The notes: generated from the sequence alone by a model not told the origin. Counted from the stretch's first letter, positions 1 to 8,927 are shown. The stretch: 64,000 bases of DNA from IMGVR_UViG_3300042515_001753:169887-233886, one strand, 5' to 3'. Program-made: numbers and translations.

Positions 1-349
1 CAGTCCAAAGTGTGGAACCTATGAAATTCCAATCTTGGATTTTCACCACACTATTTTCCATCAGGTGAATACCATCAGGTAGATGCTCTGCAAGAACATT
101 CCAAGTTCCTTCGTAGTTGTATCCATATGCTTCGTGGTTTCCTGCAAGATACAGAACCCAATCAAAGTTATCTACACACCTTTGTAGAAAGTCCTTATAA
201 ACTTTCTTAAGAGGTCCGTCCTTCTTAAAATGACGAGCACATAGAATGTCCCCACCAAGAATTAGGACTTCACCTTCTCCCAGATCAGGAACACCGTGAC
301 CGTGCTCGCAACACTCTAAATGTAAATCCGAAATCACGCGCACTCTCAT
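1..349 (-). CDS. Calcineurin-like metallophosphoesterase (runs off the window edge; 3' end missing)
   Basis: Not in the ORF track. Hand translation from ATG at 349 gives MRVRVISDLHLE...LILGGDI...YLAGNHEAY, which carries the DxH, GD and GNHE motifs. ATGA overlap with the upstream ORF stop. Confidence 0.85.
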   Translation of the reverse strand, partial: MRVRVISDLHLECCEHGHGVPDLGEGEVLILGGDILCARHFKKDGPLKKVYKDFLQRCVDNFDWVLYLAGNHEAYGYNYEGTWNVLAEHLPDGIHLMENSVVKIQDWNFIGSTLWT

Positions 350-564
350 AATACCTCCCAGTGTGCGTCAGCTTTGTCACCAAAACGATTTACACCCTCA
401 CGAGTTGATACCCAAAAAAAGTATTTGCGATTTGCTGATGCGAGAAACAACTCACCACCAGTATCCTGTTCTACAACACACAGAGGATTACCCTCCATCG
501 TGTTAGCAAGACGGTTCTTTGCCTTACTGGATTTGGGTTTGACTGTGACTAATCGGCGGTTCAT
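346..564 (-). CDS. Small hypothetical phage protein
   Basis: 72-aa ORF just downstream of a TATAAT promoter element, coupled to the next gene by ATGA. Confidence 0.7.
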   Translation of the reverse strand: MNRRLVTVKPKSSKAKNRLANTMEGNPLCVVEQDTGGELFLASANRKYFFWVSTREGVNRFGDKADAHWEVL

Positions 565-585
565 CGGTCTGTTTTAGATATACTC

Positions 586-630
586 ATTATAGGGGTAGTT
601 TCACCCATTTTGGGGGTGGTTGTGCCAGTT
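586..630 (-). promoter_or_regulatory. Early promoter element: TATAAT plus upstream AACTGGCACA box (copy 1)
   Basis: Plus strand ATTATA at 586-591 and TGTGCCAGTT at 621-630. Same arrangement recurs at 2438, 3058 and 6797. Confidence 0.65.
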
Positions 631-645
631 CTTCAATTGGATTAG

Positions 646-843
646 TCATTCCGATTTTAGCATAGAAAAATACATCTTATAGTATTTTTTCTTGAGTTGA
701 GTTATGATCTCAAAGTCTTCTTCATCAATACAATCAAGTAAGTATGAAACTCCCTCAAGCTCACTCAATAATCTTGCTATTGTTGTTGAGTTCAGTTGCT
801 TTACATTCCATTTCTGCCTGAAGTTCTCTTGCGAGTTTTTCAT
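646..843 (-). CDS. Small hypothetical protein (true start may be further downstream)
   Basis: 65-aa ORF; overlaps the upstream ORF by 83 nt as called. Confidence 0.5.
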   Translation of the reverse strand: MKNSQENFRQKWNVKQLNSTTIARLLSELEGVSYLLDCIDEEDFEIITQLKKKYYKMYFSMLKSE

Positions 844-1033
844 ACTTCCATTTCATCATCAGGTTTGTAATAGGATTTTTTGGATGAAGTCTTATCATCC
901 ATAACATTCTTTCGGTATTGATTTTTATAATTTTGAAAATAAGAGTCAAATATACTGCTATATTTTCATCTACCCATATAAGGTATGCAAGTATTCCAAA
1001 TATTACCACACAGGCAGATTGAAATGGAGTCAT
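761..1033 (-). CDS. Hypothetical protein with N-terminal hydrophobic segment
   Basis: 90-aa ORF; residues ~5-35 are hydrophobic; abuts the upstream gene. Confidence 0.6.
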   Translation of the reverse strand: MTPFQSACVVIFGILAYLIWVDENIAVYLTLIFKIIKINTERMLWMIRLHPKNPITNLMMKWKYEKLARELQAEMECKATELNNNSKIIE

Positions 1034-1034
1034 T

Positions 1035-1601
1035 TTAGTCCCAAAAAATTTCTAGTGATTTGAGAGCACGAAAGAATTGCCCTGCATAATATGTATCAGG
1101 ATTAGACATCTGCTGTAATTCTTTGATGTATGCAATGATACCTTCTGTGGCAGGATTTATCTCAAAATACTCATAAAACCGAAAGACATCAAACTTCTCA
1201 TTATATTGGAACATCGTATTCCAGTTTTCTTGATATCCTTTGGTATAAACATCTTCTCTTTCAATATTATTGAGATTTATGAATTCAAGAGGAATCAGTT
1301 TTGAATCATCTTCACTTCCTTCTGGTTCATCATACTTCATTTCATCAAATAAATCCTTCCCTGTCCTTTTGTTAATCATACGAAGACCATCAGAATACTT
1401 TTGATGAAGGTCTAAATCCTGAACAATCTCAGACTTTTTCCATTCTTTAGACTCATTCAGAAATCTCTGCTTTGTGCTGTAGTATTCATCATCAGTATCA
1501 GATGCACGAAAAACAAGGTTGATACGATAGCAACCTTGTTCGTGATATGATTTCCACTTTCTTTGAGAAAAGTGAAGTATTTCAAATGAGGATTGAGTCA
1601 T
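1035..1601 (-). CDS. Hypothetical protein
   Basis: 188-aa ORF in a co-oriented run with phage-like AT-rich codons. Confidence 0.7.
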   Translation of the reverse strand: MTQSSFEILHFSQRKWKSYHEQGCYRINLVFRASDTDDEYYSTKQRFLNESKEWKKSEIVQDLDLHQKYSDGLRMINKRTGKDLFDEMKYDEPEGSEDDSKLIPLEFINLNNIEREDVYTKGYQENWNTMFQYNEKFDVFRFYEYFEINPATEGIIAYIKELQQMSNPDTYYAGQFFRALKSLEIFWD

Positions 1602-1626
1602 TATTCCATTTTATAAGCGAGTATAT

Positions 1627-1833
1627 TTAGAACCCGACTGCCTTAGATTTCTTTTTAGGTTTATCAAGGGCATTTACATAATCCAAATAATCGGGGATTT
1701 GATTGTGAACGAACCAATACCCCTGAACGCCCTCCCAATCGTCAAAAAATACGGTTTTGCCACTTTTCAGGACAAGTTCGTAGTTATGACGGTCATATGG
1801 GACATCAGAGGTTTGTTGAAATACTTCCATCAC
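1627..1833 (-). CDS. Small hypothetical protein
   Basis: 68-aa ORF with a 4-nt overlap with the upstream gene. Confidence 0.65.
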   Translation of the reverse strand: MMEVFQQTSDVPYDRHNYELVLKSGKTVFFDDWEGVQGYWFVHNQIPDYLDYVNALDKPKKKSKAVGF

Positions 1834-2030
1834 TGAACTCCATCAAACTGACGAACGAACCGAAGACACTGTTTAAATTTTTGGAATTCAGCATCCGAAA
1901 AATTATCAGAAGCATAAGGAATGCCCACAATTGCGGCACAAACCCGATTCACATTCACAGTAATCATCATCTCATTTGCCGATGCCGGTTGAATGAACAG
2001 AAGAGGCAGAAGAAAGACAATCTTTTTCAT
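1830..2030 (-). CDS. Small protein with predicted signal peptide
   Basis: MKKIVFLLPLLFIQPASA resembles a Sec signal peptide with an AxA cleavage site; 4-nt overlaps on both sides. Confidence 0.65.
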   Translation of the reverse strand: MKKIVFLLPLLFIQPASANEMMITVNVNRVCAAIVGIPYASDNFSDAEFQKFKQCLRFVRQFDGVQ

Positions 2031-2281
2031 AGATAGTTCTCAAGACTGGATGATGAACTCCGCTTTCGTGGAGTCTGTTTGACTTTTTTCTGAATGTAAT
2101 CCTTGGCAGTTGTGAGATTGTTTGAGGTATGAACCTGTTCACCATTACAGATAATGACGAACTTATTACCCCAAGGAACTGCTGCCCATTTTCCGTCTTT
2201 AGTTACATAACCGGCAGGGTCTGAAGGTTTATTATTCAGAATATCATAATTAGGAGTATTTGGTATTTTAGGGGTCAGCAT
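2027..2281 (-). CDS. Small hypothetical protein
   Basis: 84-aa ORF coupled to its neighbours. Confidence 0.65.
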   Translation of the reverse strand: MLTPKIPNTPNYDILNNKPSDPAGYVTKDGKWAAVPWGNKFVIICNGEQVHTSNNLTTAKDYIQKKVKQTPRKRSSSSSLENYL

Positions 2282-2409
2282 GTGACATTCACAACTCTGG
2301 CGTTTGGATTTCGTGCCTCAATAACTCTTTTTGCCTCAGCAGGATTGTTAGCATATACTTCTTCTGTTTGGCGTTGATTACCGGCAATAAAAATCACCCG
2401 ATACTTCAT
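2275..2409 (-). CDS. 44-aa hypothetical early protein
   Basis: Below the ORF-track cutoff. Hand translation MKYRVIFIAGNQRQTEEVYANNPAEAKRVIEARNPNARVVNVTC*; GAGG-type RBS (plus strand cctc ~2418-2421) and a promoter directly upstream. Confidence 0.7.
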   Translation of the reverse strand: MKYRVIFIAGNQRQTEEVYANNPAEAKRVIEARNPNARVVNVTC

Positions 2410-2437
2410 TTGAGTTTCCTCTTTTGGTTACTTGTGT

Positions 2438-2492
2438 ATTATAGCAGGAAAGGGGTCCGTTGAGAACCCCCTGTGCCAGTTTGAAAAGTGTC
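2438..2492 (-). promoter_or_regulatory. Early promoter element (copy 2): GACACTT..AACTGGCACA box, TTCTCA-17bp-TATAAT with TG extension
   Basis: ATTATA 2438-2443, TGAGAA 2461-2466, TGTGCCAGTT 2472-2481, AAGTGTC 2486-2492. Confidence 0.75.
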
Positions 2493-2499
2493 TTAAGGT

Positions 2500-3036
2500 T
2501 TAAGGAATAAGATCAGAATTACCTCCATCAATCCAAAGATTATCATCTACTTGAATATAACCAATTTCATTTACATTTTCATAATGTTCTTGGAGACGGG
2601 CAACCTTATTTTTCAATCCAATACTTTCGATAACATATCCTTCAAGTGTTTGAGTCGTAACATCCGGATCATCACTAAGTTCTTCCAAATGATGACGTTC
2701 GTTATTATCTACAAGAGGTGCAAGAGTTTCCCAAGTGTTACCAAAACCATTTGCAAGACAAGGATTACAGTTCAACTTATACATTAAATTAGATACCATC
2801 ACCATAATATTTTTAGCATTTGGATTATCAAGTGTATATTCAAATGCTTCAGAAAATCCAAGTCCAGATTGACCCGTTCGAATTACATCAATTTGATTAC
2901 CATCATCATCATAGTTATCACTATAATCAATTGATTGCTCACAAAGTTCTGGTTCGTTGCGAAGTAATTCCCAACAAAACTCAAGAATATTGCAAAGTGT
3001 ATCATATTCAGTTGGAGACAAAATTGGTTTAGTCAT
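2500..3036 (-). CDS. Acidic hypothetical protein flanked by near-identical promoter repeats
   Basis: 178-aa ORF lying between two 46-bp repeats. Confidence 0.7.
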   Translation of the reverse strand: MTKPILSPTEYDTLCNILEFCWELLRNEPELCEQSIDYSDNYDDDGNQIDVIRTGQSGLGFSEAFEYTLDNPNAKNIMVMVSNLMYKLNCNPCLANGFGNTWETLAPLVDNNERHHLEELSDDPDVTTQTLEGYVIESIGLKNKVARLQEHYENVNEIGYIQVDDNLWIDGGNSDLIP

Positions 3037-3057
3037 AATGTTTTGAAGTGCCTGGAT

Positions 3058-3115
3058 ATTATAGCAGGAAAGGGGTCCCTTGAGAACCCCCTGTGCCAGT
3101 TTTTAATCTGGACAC
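3058..3115 (-). promoter_or_regulatory. Early promoter element (copy 3)
   Basis: 3057-3102 matches 2437-2482 at 45 of 46 nt; followed by CTGGACAC at 3108-3115. Confidence 0.75.
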
Positions 3116-3594
3116 CCAGCACCATATTTTATGGCAACTGAAAAACGGTGTCTATCATAAAAAGATGTTGCTTTATGAAGTAAACTTGCATTAAAAGCAA
3201 CTAGACGATTTGGAATAGGCAGAATTCCATAAAGTCTTTCATCAATAAAAAATTGAGTTTCTCCACCATCATCCAAATCCCAAGTTTCATTTGGATAATA
3301 TAAAAATGTAACTTCTTCACTACTTCCATCAGTATGAAAATAAGGATTTTCTGATGGAGCAAAACAATTTATGTACATCCTGTACAATTTGAGATTTGTA
3401 ACAAACTCTTTAGTTTTAGTTTTAAATAAATTATAAATTGGTTCGGTTTCTGAAATGTTATGAACCATTCCAGTAGGCGGATGATTTTCATCATCTGCTT
3501 CACCATAGGTATACACAGAAGATTTACAATATTCCAAAACAAAATCAAATTGTTCTTGTGATAGAAAATTATCGGTCACTTCAATCATATACAC
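3103..3594 (-). CDS. 2OG-Fe(II) oxygenase (prolyl-4-hydroxylase-like)
   Basis: FHTD ... DGGET ... PNRLVAF ... LHKA ... RFS: HxD...H...R signature. Confidence 0.85.
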   Translation of the reverse strand: MYMIEVTDNFLSQEQFDFVLEYCKSSVYTYGEADDENHPPTGMVHNISETEPIYNLFKTKTKEFVTNLKLYRMYINCFAPSENPYFHTDGSSEEVTFLYYPNETWDLDDGGETQFFIDERLYGILPIPNRLVAFNASLLHKATSFYDRHRFSVAIKYGAGCPD

Positions 3595-4175
3595 TCCTCA
3601 TAATGAATACCGTACTTTATGGCAATTGAAAAGCGATGCCGATTACGAAAAGGTGTTGCCGTATGTTCTAAATTAGCATCAAATGAAATTAAACGATTTG
3701 GAATGGGTGGAATTCCATAAAATCCCCCATCAATAAAAAACTTGGTTTCTCCACCATCATCTAAGTCCCAAGTTTCATTTGGATAATATAGAAATGTAGT
3801 TCCAACCTCTCCATCAGTATGAAAATAAGACTTTTCTAATGCGGCAAAACAATTGATGTAAATTCTTGTAATATCTTTTGTTTTATACTGTGTAAATTGA
3901 GTTTCTATTGAACTTGAAAATAGATCAAACAATTTTTTTTGATTAACAATTTTTGAAGGGTCTCCTCCAATTAAATGTGATTCATCTGATAATGGATTAT
4001 CCTCAGTGTGATGATAAACTTCGTGAACTAATCCAGTACAGTATTTAAAATTAGTTGGAGAATTAGAATCTGAACCGCCACCTTCTCCATAAAAATAAGA
4101 TGCTTTGATACAATAGTCAAGAATAAAAAGATGTTCTTCTTCAGTAAAAAAATTATCATAAACATCAATACTCAT
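3585..4175 (-). CDS. 2OG-Fe(II) oxygenase, tandem paralog of the previous gene
   Basis: FHTD...EHTA...RFS; shares FLYYPNETWDLDDGGET with 3103-3594. Confidence 0.85.
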   Translation of the reverse strand: MSIDVYDNFFTEEEHLFILDYCIKASYFYGEGGGSDSNSPTNFKYCTGLVHEVYHHTEDNPLSDESHLIGGDPSKIVNQKKLFDLFSSSIETQFTQYKTKDITRIYINCFAALEKSYFHTDGEVGTTFLYYPNETWDLDDGGETKFFIDGGFYGIPPIPNRLISFDANLEHTATPFRNRHRFSIAIKYGIHYEECI

Positions 4176-4828
4176 ATTGATTCATCTCCGTACTGCAAAA
4201 CCTTAATATTCATAGCAATTGTTATACGAGGATAATCTTCAGTATAAGCACAAGGTTCTACCGAATGTCTAAGATACGATGGAAACATTATAAAATCTCC
4301 CTCTTGAATTTTTGGTTTATATTTACTATCATATTGATTTCTATTAAACTCTAGTGAAAAACATCTTAATTGCTCTAAAGGGTCTCTAAAAATAGGAGGT
4401 TTATGTCTAGTTTTATCAAATGAAAGAAAATGAATGCAAGAGAAGTGAGTGCTTCTAAAAATATTTCCCAGATGATCATGGTCTTCCTGATATTCTCCAT
4501 TAGTATAGCAATTGTACCATATCTCATCAATCATAATTTGATATGTTGAGTCAAAAAAACTGTCAAGACATTTGGCATATTTTTTTTCTAAAATTGATTG
4601 ATATGTATTGTCTTCTCCAAAAAATATTTCTTCTCCTGGTTTTTCCCCAGAAAAAGATGTTTTAAGTTTATTAGTAAACCATCCTTCGGGAATTGAAAGT
4701 TCCTCAGAATCCTTAAGAATCTTTGGTACTAACATTTCTTTTATTTCATCATTATTTTCAATTTTACTGTGAAAAAATGATACTGGAAAAATAGGAATCC
4801 TACTTTGGTTATCAAAATCTTTACCCAT
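4172..4828 (-). CDS. Putative 2OG-Fe(II) oxygenase (TIGR02466-like)
   Basis: WYN..YQEDHDH ... EGDFIMFPSYLRHSV ... RITIAMN. Confidence 0.8.
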   Translation of the reverse strand: MGKDFDNQSRIPIFPVSFFHSKIENNDEIKEMLVPKILKDSEELSIPEGWFTNKLKTSFSGEKPGEEIFFGEDNTYQSILEKKYAKCLDSFFDSTYQIMIDEIWYNCYTNGEYQEDHDHLGNIFRSTHFSCIHFLSFDKTRHKPPIFRDPLEQLRCFSLEFNRNQYDSKYKPKIQEGDFIMFPSYLRHSVEPCAYTEDYPRITIAMNIKVLQYGDESI

Positions 4829-5513
4829 CTATATCATCCTCAATTTTTACTACAATATTTCCAGAAATACTTATCCTATAGTCGTCAGAAGTATAAAATG
4901 GATAAACACTATGATTTAACCAGGATGGAAACATTACCATAGTTCCCTCCCAAGTTTTATCTATAAACAAAGGCAAAGTCTCCATATTTCCATTTGGGGA
5001 AATAAAATGAAATTCAAATAAAGAATTTAAGGATTCATTTGAATTCCTACAATTTTTATGATCTAATTCATTAGTTAAATCATAAGGAATACGCATCCAA
5101 ATTACAAATGAATAATCTCCTGCGTGAGAATGTCGTGGATTAAACTCATATTTTTTTTGCAAGTTAATCCAAAGACTTTCAAGTTCATAATTAATTTCTC
5201 TCTCAAAAAAGTTATTATCGTGGTCAAATTTTTTAACGGGATTTAGTTGCTCGTCTTCTACTACCCGAAAATAACTTTTAGCAACATCAATAGAAAAATT
5301 CTCAATTAAATGTGAGGATTCAGTAGAAAGTTTATATTCTTCTTCAATATTTCCTGCCAAATAATGATTCCATTTTATAAGATTAGATTTATTCTCTAAA
5401 ATAAAATCAATATCTTCATTTATTTTTTCAAGAATATCTTCTGGAAGTTTTGTTCTAACATAATATAAAGATGTAATTGGTTCGGCATATATTTTAAGTT
5501 GTTCTTCATCCAT
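4821..5513 (-). CDS. Putative 2OG-Fe(II) oxygenase (TIGR02466-like)
   Basis: WINLQKKYEFNPRHSH ... MFPSWLNHSVYPF ... RISISGN. Confidence 0.8.
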   Translation of the reverse strand: MDEEQLKIYAEPITSLYYVRTKLPEDILEKINEDIDFILENKSNLIKWNHYLAGNIEEEYKLSTESSHLIENFSIDVAKSYFRVVEDEQLNPVKKFDHDNNFFEREINYELESLWINLQKKYEFNPRHSHAGDYSFVIWMRIPYDLTNELDHKNCRNSNESLNSLFEFHFISPNGNMETLPLFIDKTWEGTMVMFPSWLNHSVYPFYTSDDYRISISGNIVVKIEDDIDG

Positions 5514-5546
5514 AATTAATTTGTTCTATAAGTTAATTATATCACA

Positions 5547-6782
5547 TCAGCGATTGATTGTGCTGACTGCAACGTCTCCCTGCTTAAAGATGATGTCCAC
5601 CACGTTCTGGACCTTCTGTGCGGTGCCCGTAGATGCCTTGTCAAAGGTCGGGCAGATGACCAGACCATAGGATTTGGTGTAGGAGTCCAAAGCACCTGCC
5701 TGAAGGGCACCAGAGCGGATTCCAGCGGCATCTGCAGGGTGAAGGCGCAGCGTCCGCCCAACGGTCTGACCGATGCCCACGATGTCCATAGAGCGCATAA
5801 ACACGACCGCTTCCAGAGCAGAGATGTTGATGCCTTCTGCCAAAATGCTGTGATGAAGAACCACAAACTTCTTGTCTGCATCCTTACCCCATTCGTTGAG
5901 AGTGTCAAAGAACACCTCACGATTCACCTTATCACCATCAATAAATGCACCGTGCTTAGAAGTGATGTGCATCACAGAATAACCTTCCTCTGCCAGTTGT
6001 TCGGCAAAGTCAGTTTCGGAAAGCAAACCAATAATGTGCTTGGTTGCCTTGGCACAAATCAGAATCTTATCAACGGGATTGTCCTGAATGGTCTGAAGAA
6101 GATACTCACAGTCACGCTGAGCAATATCCTCACCCTTGACAGAAAGGCGCATTTGAGTTGCAATCACCTTAGGAGGAATGATGTAACCGTTCTGAACCAG
6201 TTGAGGAGCAGGAACCTTAGCGATGATGCTACCGTAGACCTCAGTATCATTCATACCTGCCTTACCAATTACATTACTGTATTTGGGAGTGGCGGTGAAG
6301 AAGAAACAACGCTCTGCCTCTGCACTGAAATACTCTACCGCAGGGAAGAAATGGCGTTGAATGCTATTGTGCGCCTCATCAAACAAAGTAGTGTTGACTT
6401 TAATATCAGCACGTTGAAGTTGCTGTAGAGAATTATAGGTAGTGAAGATAAGTTTGTGACCTTGTGTTTGTTCGTACCAAGTACGAATTACACTAGGTTT
6501 CGTGGTGCTAAAATGTCTAGTTTCTCCCGAGTGGATATGAAGAACAGAAGCGTTGGTGATGAACTCCAAATATTCACTAGAAAGTTGTTCTGCCAACAAA
6601 ATACGAGGACTAACAACTACAATAGTCTTAGGAGCATCAGACTTGAATTGCTCCATCGCATCAAAGATACCAACGTTGGTCTTACCACCACCGGTAGGAA
6701 ACACACAGATACCTTTAGAATGCTGTTGCAGAGCATTCAGGGCATCTTGCTGGTGGGGACGGAGTTGAATCACGTTTCTCAT
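5547..6782 (-). CDS. Superfamily 2 DExH helicase (type III restriction Res/ResIII-like)
   Basis: LRPHQ Q-motif, PTGGGKT Walker A, FDEAH motif II, TATP motif III, LAEGINI motif V, QTVGRTLR motif VI. Confidence 0.9.
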   Translation of the reverse strand: MRNVIQLRPHQQDALNALQQHSKGICVFPTGGGKTNVGIFDAMEQFKSDAPKTIVVVSPRILLAEQLSSEYLEFITNASVLHIHSGETRHFSTTKPSVIRTWYEQTQGHKLIFTTYNSLQQLQRADIKVNTTLFDEAHNSIQRHFFPAVEYFSAEAERCFFFTATPKYSNVIGKAGMNDTEVYGSIIAKVPAPQLVQNGYIIPPKVIATQMRLSVKGEDIAQRDCEYLLQTIQDNPVDKILICAKATKHIIGLLSETDFAEQLAEEGYSVMHITSKHGAFIDGDKVNREVFFDTLNEWGKDADKKFVVLHHSILAEGINISALEAVVFMRSMDIVGIGQTVGRTLRLHPADAAGIRSGALQAGALDSYTKSYGLVICPTFDKASTGTAQKVQNVVDIIFKQGDVAVSTINR

Positions 6783-6796
6783 TTGCTTATAGGATT

Positions 6797-6851
6797 ATTA
6801 TACAGCAAAAAAGGGGTCTGTGCGGACCCCTGTGCCAGTTCTTAAAGTGTC
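6797..6851 (-). promoter_or_regulatory. Early promoter element (copy 4) upstream of the helicase
   Basis: ATTATA 6797-6802, GGGGTC..GACCCC inverted repeat, TGTGCCAGTT 6831-6840, AAGTGTC 6845-6851. Confidence 0.7.
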
Positions 6852-6882
6852 TTAGTATCTCATCTTCAACGGAGACAAACCT

Positions 6883-6911
6883 AGTCTACAGCGATTTAGA
6901 GATTATGTCAA
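6883..6911 (-). promoter_or_regulatory. Sigma70-type promoter TTGACA-17bp-TAGACT
   Basis: Plus strand AGTCTA 6883-6888 and TGTCAA 6906-6911 with exact 17-bp spacing. Confidence 0.6.
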
Positions 6912-6916
6912 GCCCC

Positions 6917-8917
6917 TTATGGAACTACAACTGTACTAAGAACTCCTGTATTACTTACAAACAATCTATACTTAGTTCCATTAGCAGATGTAAGAATTAA
7001 ACCAGTAGAAGTGTTTATACCAACAGAAACATCACCACCAATTACTCTTGCTGGTCCGTTTACCAGTAATCTTGTTCCTAAGGGATTATCTACGTTTGTG
7101 GTTCCAATACCAACTGTACCAAAAACTGTGTCTACTTCTGAGGCATCAATACCAAGACCAAATCTAATTGAAGTTGTTCCAATTCCTATTCCAGATGAAT
7201 TAATAACTACTGCATCTTCTGGAGTTAATAAATAATTTCCACCAATATGCAAAGGTTCTAATGGAATTGTATTTCCAATACCAACTTTTTGTTCAAAAAA
7301 TCCATGATTAGTCACATTAATGTCATAGAAAGTTGATATTCCAGAAGTTGCATTTACATTTTCATCACCTACACTCATGATTTGATTTCCATTAGCATCA
7401 AGAAGTCCAGATTGACCGTCTAAAATATAAAGTGTTCGAACACTCGTACTGGTTGCTGCTCCAGTTGCAACAATATCTTGAGATACATTTAAAGAAGAAA
7501 CACTTACATCTCCAGAAACCTGAAGTTTACTTGTAGGATTCGTAATACCAATTCCAAGATTTCCTCCATAAGTTAATGTCATCAAAGGATTTGAAGCATC
7601 TGGAGCATAAATCCAGTTAAAATCTCCAATATTTCCACTACCTGCACTATAATTGAGGTAATGATTTAAATTTCCAGTACCATAATTAATAACATCCAAA
7701 GTTCTTGAATTACTGTAGGGATATACTCCAGAAGTATTTCCAAATCTTAGAGCACCATTATTCCCAGTAAGAGTTGTGCTTCTACCTACTGCAACAATTG
7801 CCTCTGCAGTATCACTCGTAACTTGTAATTTAGATGTGGAACTTCTTCTGATATGAATATCACTTGAAGGAGAGTTTGTACCCACTCCAATTGACTCCGC
7901 ATAAAGTCTTGTGGAGACAGTTGAGATTCCTATAGATGATGATTGACTTATAATACTTGAAGAGGTTATAATTCCTATATTATTAATATTTGAGGAAGTT
8001 ATATTAGATACTGTAATATTAGGAGATCCACTAATGCTGGTAGCGGTTGTGGCAGTTCCAGTTACATTTCCTACAAATCCTCCAGTTGAGGTTGTAACCC
8101 CAGAAACTAAAAGTCTAGATGCGTTTGCTACACCAAGGGTTGCAATTCCTGTATTATTTAAATTAGTGTTTGTTAATGAAGTAATAACTCCATTACTTGC
8201 GGTAATTATTCCAGTAATACTAATATTTTGAGGTAATCTAGAATTATCTAAGGTTCCATTAGTGATATTGGTGGCATTAAGTCCCTGTAAATTTGTTCCG
8301 AATCCACTAAATGAGTATGCCGTTACAATACCAGAGACATTAATATTTTGTGACAATCTGGCATTATCTAGTGTTCCGGATGCAATATTAGATGCATTTA
8401 AATTAGTAATATTAGTTCCTAAACCACTTAAACTAGATGCGGTTATAATTCCAGTTGTATTTACATTTCCCGTAATCTCATCAACAGATAATCCATTTCC
8501 TGTGAGAGGATCTAGACCAACTTGTAAAGAATAATTTGGAATATCTGTTCCTACACCAACTTTTGATGTTGTAGAAATATTTCCTGCACTAATATACCAT
8601 CCATCAACAGCAATTGCATAAATGTCAGTAAGACCAGAGGCACTTCCATAAAATGCCGTGGCACTTACAATTCCCGTAGAGACATTAAATGTAATTGCAG
8701 AACCAACCTTTACATCATTATAAAAAGTGGAAACTCCGGTGATTGTTAGATTGGTTGCCGTGACTAATCCAGTAACCTTTGCGGTTCCGTAAACATCCAA
8801 AAACTCTGTTGGAATTGATGTTCCGATTCCAACCAGACCATTTGCATTTACAATAAAGTTGTCATCATCAACCTGAACTCCATTTCTAAAATTAAATGAC
8901 TTATTATAATTTGCCAT
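6917..8917 (-). CDS. Tail fibre / virion structural protein
   Basis: 666 aa, Gly/Ser/Thr/Asn-rich with repeated VGIGT and GIITA motifs typical of myovirus fibres; late promoter upstream. Confidence 0.75.
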   Translation of the reverse strand: MANYNKSFNFRNGVQVDDDNFIVNANGLVGIGTSIPTEFLDVYGTAKVTGLVTATNLTITGVSTFYNDVKVGSAITFNVSTGIVSATAFYGSASGLTDIYAIAVDGWYISAGNISTTSKVGVGTDIPNYSLQVGLDPLTGNGLSVDEITGNVNTTGIITASSLSGLGTNITNLNASNIASGTLDNARLSQNINVSGIVTAYSFSGFGTNLQGLNATNITNGTLDNSRLPQNISITGIITASNGVITSLTNTNLNNTGIATLGVANASRLLVSGVTTSTGGFVGNVTGTATTATSISGSPNITVSNITSSNINNIGIITSSSIISQSSSIGISTVSTRLYAESIGVGTNSPSSDIHIRRSSTSKLQVTSDTAEAIVAVGRSTTLTGNNGALRFGNTSGVYPYSNSRTLDVINYGTGNLNHYLNYSAGSGNIGDFNWIYAPDASNPLMTLTYGGNLGIGITNPTSKLQVSGDVSVSSLNVSQDIVATGAATSTSVRTLYILDGQSGLLDANGNQIMSVGDENVNATSGISTFYDINVTNHGFFEQKVGIGNTIPLEPLHIGGNYLLTPEDAVVINSSGIGIGTTSIRFGLGIDASEVDTVFGTVGIGTTNVDNPLGTRLLVNGPARVIGGDVSVGINTSTGLILTSANGTKYRLFVSNTGVLSTVVVP

Positions 8918-8927
8918 CTTCTGGATA

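Noticed and set aside
5537-6845. Plus-strand ORFs (127, 229, 129 and 71 aa) opposite the helicase
   Set aside because: They are antisense shadows favoured by the higher GC content; the minus-strand helicase has all SF2 motifs.
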